38,222 nucleotides of DNA. Source: a virus. Lineage: Duplodnaviria; Caudoviricetes. Shown here one piece after another: positions 34,034 through 38,222 of this stretch (position 1 is its first letter; the number at the start of each line of letters is the position of its first letter). The notes beneath the pieces are model-generated. The model did not search any database. It saw nothing but the letters and a program-made list of their open reading frames with translations, and was not told the origin of the DNA. Both the position numbers and the translations under genes were made by a program. Location of the stretch: IMG/VR virus record IMGVR_UViG_3300020426_000013, positions 1-38,222 of that record; one strand, 5' to 3'.

Positions 34034-34440
34034 AGGTCGAACCCCTGCTCCTTGAGGAAGCGCATTGCGCCTTCGGTTGTGCGGACGAGCGCGACAGGCA
34101 CGCCTTGGTCGTGGATGCGGTTCATCGCGTCGACCTGGTGCTGTTTCGGCTTCGCGCGGCCCGCTTTGAATTCGAGGTAGGCGGATCGGCCTGCGTGGAT
34201 GACGGCAAGATCGGGGAAGCCCCACAGCGCGCCTTCCTTCTTCGCCTGGTTGAGCGCCTTCTGACCGCGCTTGGCCGCGTTCGGGATGGCTGCGACAACG
34301 ACGCCGGGCAGTGCACGCTCGATCGCGCCGATGAAGCGCGCCTGCCGCGTCAACTCGCTCGCAGGGTCGCGATCGGTCGGCTCCATCCAGAAGCGAGGCT
34401 CTTGGAACAGCGGGGTTTCGAGGGCTGCCCAATCGGTCAC
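34030..34440 (-). CDS. VRR-NUC (PD-(D/E)xK) nuclease
   Basis: AIPN...KKEG...GFPDL...YLEFK...Q. Confidence 0.88.
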   Translation of the reverse strand: MTDWAALETPLFQEPRFWMEPTDRDPASELTRQARFIGAIERALPGVVVAAIPNAAKRGQKALNQAKKEGALWGFPDLAVIHAGRSAYLEFKAGRAKPKQHQVDAMNRIHDQGVPVALVRTTEGAMRFLKEQGFDL

Positions 34441-34658
34441 TGCGCCAGCTTCCTCATCTGCGCCTCTGCCTGCGCGCGGCGCTGCTTGGCCTCTTCGACC
34501 TTCTTGAGAAATTCGGGCTCGGACAGGCCGTGCGAGCGTGCCGACGACCGCGCCTGCTCCGGCGTGAAATCGAGAGTGGTCCGCATCGACAGCATCGCCA
34601 TAAGCGCGCCGTTCTTGTCAGCCTTGGTGCGGCGCTTGGAGCCGTACCGCCGGGTCAT
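34437..34658 (-). CDS. Small basic hypothetical protein
   Basis: ATG 34658 with ATGA overlap; GTGA overlap at the 3' end. Confidence 0.6.
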   Translation of the reverse strand: MTRRYGSKRRTKADKNGALMAMLSMRTTLDFTPEQARSSARSHGLSEPEFLKKVEEAKQRRAQAEAQMRKLAQ

Positions 34659-35107
34659 ACGAGCTCGACCCCGTTCTCTTGGGCTTCCTTGCGCGCGATG
34701 ATGATCTTCGCTTCGGCGGCAGGCACGCCTCGGTCGCAGACCAGTTCGAGATATTCGGCGCGCAGGTGTGGAGCGCACCACGCAAGGCGGCGCTCGCTCA
34801 GCGTCCGGCCCGCGCGCGCCCGCACTTCCGGGTCGCGCGAGGCTGCGAAACCGAGCTTCCAGACCTGATCTTTACGGAAGCGCTCAGTGCGCCTCTGCAC
34901 AACGTCAGGTCGGTTGCTGAGCTTTGCCGCCCGGTAGCGAAGCTGCGCGAGACGTTCGGGGTTGCCCTCAAGCGCGCGCTTGATGCCCTCGCTGATCTTC
35001 GCGCCGATCTCCGGGTTCTTGGCATTGTGCGCGGCGACGTGCTTGCGGCAATACCCGCTCTTGTTCCCAGCGCTCAGCTCCTTTTCGCAGGTCTTGCAGC
35101 GCTTCAC
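34655..35107 (-). CDS. Hypothetical protein with N-terminal CxxC...CxxH Zn-finger-like motif and basic repeats
   Basis: CKTC...GYCRKH; NPEIGAKISE / DPEVRARAG repeats. Confidence 0.7.
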   Translation of the reverse strand: MKRCKTCEKELSAGNKSGYCRKHVAAHNAKNPEIGAKISEGIKRALEGNPERLAQLRYRAAKLSNRPDVVQRRTERFRKDQVWKLGFAASRDPEVRARAGRTLSERRLAWCAPHLRAEYLELVCDRGVPAAEAKIIIARKEAQENGVELV

Positions 35108-35499
35108 CGGGCCTGCTCCCCGAGCCGTCCACGCATCCGTTGGAAAAGCGCGTAGGCGTAGGTCTTGGTGATCCCGAGCTTGCGGGCGGCGTCAGGGATT
35201 TCCCAGCCATTGGCGATCAGTTCGGCCAGATCGTCGATCGGCGACTGGATATTGCCCGCCGTCCGCTGGCCGGTCGCGACGATCCGGACGATGCGCGGGC
35301 GTCTGCGCAGGACATCGATCATCCCGTTCGCTTCGAGGAAGTGAAACGCGTCGATGATGGCGCCAGGCGAACACTGGAAGCGCTCGGCCAGCAGCTTGCT
35401 TGAGGGGCACTCGTAACCGTTGGACGCTGCTACCTTGATGGCAGAGAAAACCTTGGCGGAGCGCTCGACGGCGGTGTCTTTGAGGGATGCGATGCTCAT
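35104..35499 (-). CDS. LexA-N-like winged-helix protein with an extra C-terminal HTH
   Basis: VFSAI...GYECPS...LEANGMIDV; C-terminal IPDAARKLGITKTYA. Confidence 0.7.
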   Translation of the reverse strand: MSIASLKDTAVERSAKVFSAIKVAASNGYECPSSKLLAERFQCSPGAIIDAFHFLEANGMIDVLRRRPRIVRIVATGQRTAGNIQSPIDDLAELIANGWEIPDAARKLGITKTYAYALFQRMRGRLGEQAR

Positions 35500-35978
35500 C
35501 ACTCCCCTCCCGCGCTCGACAGGGGCACCAGTCGGGCAATCATCGCGTCCACGATCGGGCGAAGCTCATCACGCTCTTTCCCGTCAAAATCGTTGTCGGC
35601 AGCCGCCTGTGTGATCGCGTTGACCCCTGCCATGAGGTCCGCGACCAGTTGCATCGGCGCACTTTCGGCCTCCGCCTGCTCGCCGAGGAAGCGCGCGCCG
35701 CCGTAAAGGATCAGCGAGAGGATGGCGTTGACCGCATCCTCACCCACGACCGACGCGAGCGAGAGCGCTGCCGACAGGGAAGGTTCGCGCAGCTCGCCCG
35801 GGTCGTTGGCCATGTAGGAGCGGATCTTGCGCTCCTTGATCTTCGACAGGCGCGACAGCTCGACCACGGTGAAACGCTTTTCGACGTGCACGGCGGCATG
35901 GAGAATGTGGCGGACGAATTGCGTAACGCGATCGCGCGAGACGACGCCGCAATCTGACGCTGACGAGGGTGCGGACAT
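35499..35978 (-). CDS. CII-like regulator
   Basis: HTH-like N-half (TVVELSRLSKIKERKIRSY), C-terminal AAADNDFDGKE; position after cro. Confidence 0.6.
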   Translation of the reverse strand: MSAPSSASDCGVVSRDRVTQFVRHILHAAVHVEKRFTVVELSRLSKIKERKIRSYMANDPGELREPSLSAALSLASVVGEDAVNAILSLILYGGARFLGEQAEAESAPMQLVADLMAGVNAITQAAADNDFDGKERDELRPIVDAMIARLVPLSSAGGE

Positions 35979-35981
35979 TAC

Positions 35982-36263
35982 CTAGTCCTTTCGGTCATGG
36001 AACTGAGAAAAACCCGCCGACGCAGCAGCGCCTTTCGACGTTTGGACAACTGCGTCGGCGGGAAGCGCCCCGGGCGGTTCTGGGGAAAGGGTCAGGCCCG
36101 AGGGCGGGGAGAGGTCAGCAACGCGAAGCGCGCTGTTCGGAAACATGAGAGCGTCGCGCCATTCGTGGCCGTCGCCGTCATCGATGAAGGTGGGCGGGAT
36201 CACTGCTCGGTCGATCGCAGGGGGAAACTCGGAAATTGCTCCGGGGCCGATATCTTCGATCAC
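35982..36263 (-). CDS. Hypothetical protein
   Basis: GTG 36263 with GGGAG SD and GTGA overlap; low-complexity C-terminus. Confidence 0.45.
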   Translation of the reverse strand: MIEDIGPGAISEFPPAIDRAVIPPTFIDDGDGHEWRDALMFPNSALRVADLSPPSGLTLSPEPPGALPADAVVQTSKGAAASAGFSQFHDRKD

Positions 36264-36397
36264 GGCACCACTCCCAACACCCGCAGATCGTGGCAGTCGC
36301 ACCCCGGTGCGTCCTTGCCGCAGCGCTTGCAGCGGACCGGGAGGCGGGTGGCGTGAAAGGGCACGCGATGGCCAGCGACGTAGAGTTCGGGCATCAT
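36260..36397 (-). CDS. Small Cys-rich protein, 45 aa (absent from the ORF track)
   Basis: MMPELYVAGHRVPFHATRLPVRCKRCGKDAPGCDCHDLRVLGVVP; ATGA overlap with cro. Confidence 0.55.
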   Translation of the reverse strand: MMPELYVAGHRVPFHATRLPVRCKRCGKDAPGCDCHDLRVLGVVP

Positions 36398-36594
36398 GCG
36401 GCGAAGTCGGCAAATGCGTCAGGGAAAGCTTTCCCCTTCTTCGCGGCAAGTTCGCGCAAGGCCGGCTCTCGCCAACTCGGAATTGAGTTGTTCAACCCCC
36501 ACCCGGAGACCGTTGACACGGGGAGACCTAGCTCCGTCGCGACCGCTACGATCCCACCGAGATCGTCCTTCAGGAACTGTTTGACTGTAACCAT
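36394..36594 (-). CDS. cro: Cro-like repressor
   Basis: LGGIVAVATELGLPVSTVSGW...SIP; divergent from cI. Confidence 0.88.
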   Translation of the reverse strand: MVTVKQFLKDDLGGIVAVATELGLPVSTVSGWGLNNSIPSWREPALRELAAKKGKAFPDAFADFAA

Positions 36595-36601
36595 GCGCCG
36601 A

Positions 36602-36652
36602 GTGTTACGGAAAACGTAATGTTTATGCAAGCGCCAATTACGGATACCGTCA
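36602..36652 (-). promoter_or_regulatory. PR promoter with two operators
   Basis: TTGCAT-N17-TAACAC; operators TTACGGAAAACGTAA (36605-36619) and TTACGGATACCGTCA (36638-36652). Confidence 0.8.
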
Positions 36653-36687
36653 TCGACACCGGAATTGTCGGCGGACAATGTGCGGCC

Positions 36688-37359
36688 ATGTTGACCGCGA
36701 ACGACATTCGTGAAGAGCTGATCCGTCAGCTGAAGGCCAAGGAGGTCACGGGCGCTCAGGTGGCTCGCGCGCTGTGCATAGCGCCTGCGCGTGTGACCGA
36801 GATGAAGAACCGCGATCGCCAGGTGCAGCAGTCTGAAATGCGCCCACTCGCCGAACTGTTAGGCATGGTCGAACGTGAGGCCAACAGCGGAAATGTCTAT
36901 GCAACTACCGAGATCCCCGACTGGGGCCGGGTCGCACAAGGGGTTTGGCTGGAGCAATCGGAATGGGATGACCAAAGGCCTTCCGTTCCTTACGACCAGA
37001 TGGCCGGCGATCCACCCCCTGTCGGTCTTTTTGCGGTCACGCCCGAAGGCACGAGCATGAACGCCAAGTGGCGCGAGCCTGTTCGGCTGATCTGCAGGCG
37101 AGGGCCATTCGGGATCGATATGTTCAAGGGCGGCGACTACCTGATCGTCGAGCGCACAGCACACGACCTGCACGAAATCACCGTGAAACGCCTCGAAATT
37201 GATGATGAGGGTGTGTTCTGGCTCCACAGCGAATCTGACGACGATAAGTATCAGGAGCCGTGGCGGATCGGGAAACCCGACGAGAACCATCACGATGATA
37301 TTGAAATTCGTGTCCTCGGGAAGGTGATAAGGGCGGTGATGGATTATGAAGGCGTCTGA
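36688..37359 (+). CDS. cI: CI-like repressor (HTH + S24 peptidase)
   Basis: GAQVARALCIAPARVTEM HTH; V.AQG cleavage-like site; GTSMN (Ser) and TVKRL (Lys); ATG 36688 inferred. Confidence 0.9.
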   Translation: MLTANDIREELIRQLKAKEVTGAQVARALCIAPARVTEMKNRDRQVQQSEMRPLAELLGMVEREANSGNVYATTEIPDWGRVAQGVWLEQSEWDDQRPSVPYDQMAGDPPPVGLFAVTPEGTSMNAKWREPVRLICRRGPFGIDMFKGGDYLIVERTAHDLHEITVKRLEIDDEGVFWLHSESDDDKYQEPWRIGKPDENHHDDIEIRVLGKVIRAVMDYEGV

Positions 37360-37684
37360 ACGACGAGACGAGAACTATCTATCTCGCCATTTTAACGGCG
37401 TGCTGCCTCTAAGCTTGTCATTTTGGATCAACCTGATCCTAGTCAATGTCGTAATGTCTTTTGTGCAGGTTGGCGTTGCTTCCGCATACGGGCCGTGGTC
37501 GACCGAAGGCATCGGCGCGCTGTTCATAGCGTTCACTATCTGGCTTTGGGGCGCGGTCGGTGTTTGGCGGTCTGCGGATGCTTATACCAAAGCCCACCGA
37601 GGGCGGCCCTGGGGCTACATCGCTTCCGGCGTCGTAGTAGTGCAGGGCCTTGTCTGGGTCGCGCAATCGATACCGCAGAATTAA
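37346..37684 (+). CDS. Membrane protein co-transcribed with cI
   Basis: Three hydrophobic segments, G.LPLSLSFW and VGVWRSA motifs, AT-richer. Confidence 0.75.
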   Translation: MKASERRDENYLSRHFNGVLPLSLSFWINLILVNVVMSFVQVGVASAYGPWSTEGIGALFIAFTIWLWGAVGVWRSADAYTKAHRGRPWGYIASGVVVVQGLVWVAQSIPQN

Positions 37685-37685
37685 A

Positions 37686-37728
37686 TTACGAAATCCGTAT
37701 TGACCTGACATTACGGAAAGCGTAACAC
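37686..37728 (+). promoter_or_regulatory. PL promoter with two operators
   Basis: TTGACC-N17-TAACAC (37700-37728); operators TTACGAAATCCGTAT (37686-37700) and TTACGGAAAGCGTAA (37711-37725). Confidence 0.82.
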
Positions 37729-37764
37729 AACCTCCACAGCGGCATTCCGCCGCAGGAGGTTTCC

Positions 37765-38222
37765 ATGGCCCACGCCACCAACATCCGTCGCATCTACGCG
37801 CTGCGCACCTGCAATAATGACTTAACCTCGCACGGCGGTTTTCAGTGGCCTGAAAGCGGACGCTGCGAAGCGCCTGACTGGTCGCCGAAAGCCGAATGCG
37901 GCAACGGGCTCCATGGACTTCTCAATGGTGAGGGCGGCGGGAATTATCTCGATTGGTCGCCTGACGCCAAGTGGCTGGTCTGCGACATCACCGAAGCGCA
38001 CGATGCCGGGCTGGTCGTGGAGATCGGCGCGAAGATCAAGTTTCCGTATTGCGATGTCGTCCACGTCGGCGATCAGCGCTCGGCTACGCAATTCCTGCTT
38101 GATGTAGGGTGCGCCGGGGCGATTGTCGGAGCGTTCCTGACCGCTGGCGGCAGGGGCACCGCGACCGCTGGCGACAGGGGCACCGCGACCGCTGGCGACA
38201 GGGGCACCGCGACCGCTGGCTA
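37765..38222 (+). CDS. Ice-nucleation-protein-like protein (InaZ N-domain-like + octapeptide repeats), truncated by the window edge
   Basis: SD AGGAGG; ALRTC..DLTSHGGFQWP.SG...NGLHGLL.G.G...DAKWLV...KFP..DVVHVGD..SA..F, then TAGDRGTA repeats. Confidence 0.8.
   Translation, partial: MAHATNIRRIYALRTCNNDLTSHGGFQWPESGRCEAPDWSPKAECGNGLHGLLNGEGGGNYLDWSPDAKWLVCDITEAHDAGLVVEIGAKIKFPYCDVVHVGDQRSATQFLLDVGCAGAIVGAFLTAGGRGTATAGDRGTATAGDRGTATAG
38139..38220 (+). repeat. 24-bp coding tandem repeat (three full copies plus a partial one)
   Basis: GACCGCTGGCGACAGGGGCACCGC at 38163 and 38187, one-mismatch copy at 38139, partial at 38211. Confidence 0.95.

Larger units (their letters stand above)
29..38222. 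mobile_element. Temperate prophage (podovirus-type virion), integrated at tRNA-Val; continues beyond the right edge
   Basis: tRNA 3' fragment at the left end, followed by an ordered set of lysis, tail, head, packaging, replication and immunity genes; no host housekeeping genes seen. Confidence 0.95.

Noticed and set aside
36595-36687. Longer starts for cro (36678) and cI (36619)
   Set aside because: They would overlap each other and cover the operators and promoter
37822-38107. Track ORFs 37822-38091 (-) and 37913-38107 (+)
   Set aside because: Alternative frames within the SD-led INP-like gene starting at 37765
38139-38222. CRISPR array
   Set aside because: Repeats are contiguous, lack spacers and are in-frame coding octapeptides; no cas genes
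1-38222. Integrase, transposase, phage RNA/DNA polymerase, or a named defence system
   Set aside because: No diagnostic motifs recognised; the integrase is presumably beyond the right edge

Overview
Nearly the whole window is one temperate prophage with a podovirus-type (BPP-1/APSE/T7-like architecture) virion module, in a GC-rich host that is probably an alphaproteobacterium (inference). The left end is the displaced 3' half of a tRNA-Val(CAC), an attachment junction. Then come an accessory + strand cluster (divergent C5-methyltransferase-like, ASCH, Lar, thermonuclease), a minus-strand lysis cassette, tail fibre, ejection proteins including a 2048-aa giant, nozzle/adaptor, capsid, portal and terminases. 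A replication block follows (VapE helicase, iteron-rich putative origin, Dda/RecD-like helicase, VRR-NUC), then a cro/cI switch with four operators. The window ends inside an ice-nucleation-protein-like gene. The integrase and the other att site are not in the window. Most notable: (1) a seven-copy late-promoter motif GCGATTCAA-N18-(-10) that embeds a GANTC (CcrM-type) site; (2) a 672-bp alpA + second terS-like cassette flanked by a 17-bp duplication of that promoter core; (3) the InaZ-like gene as first gene behind PL; (4) a split nozzle gene and a probable ATC-initiated gene. All family calls come from motif recognition by eye, not database searches.
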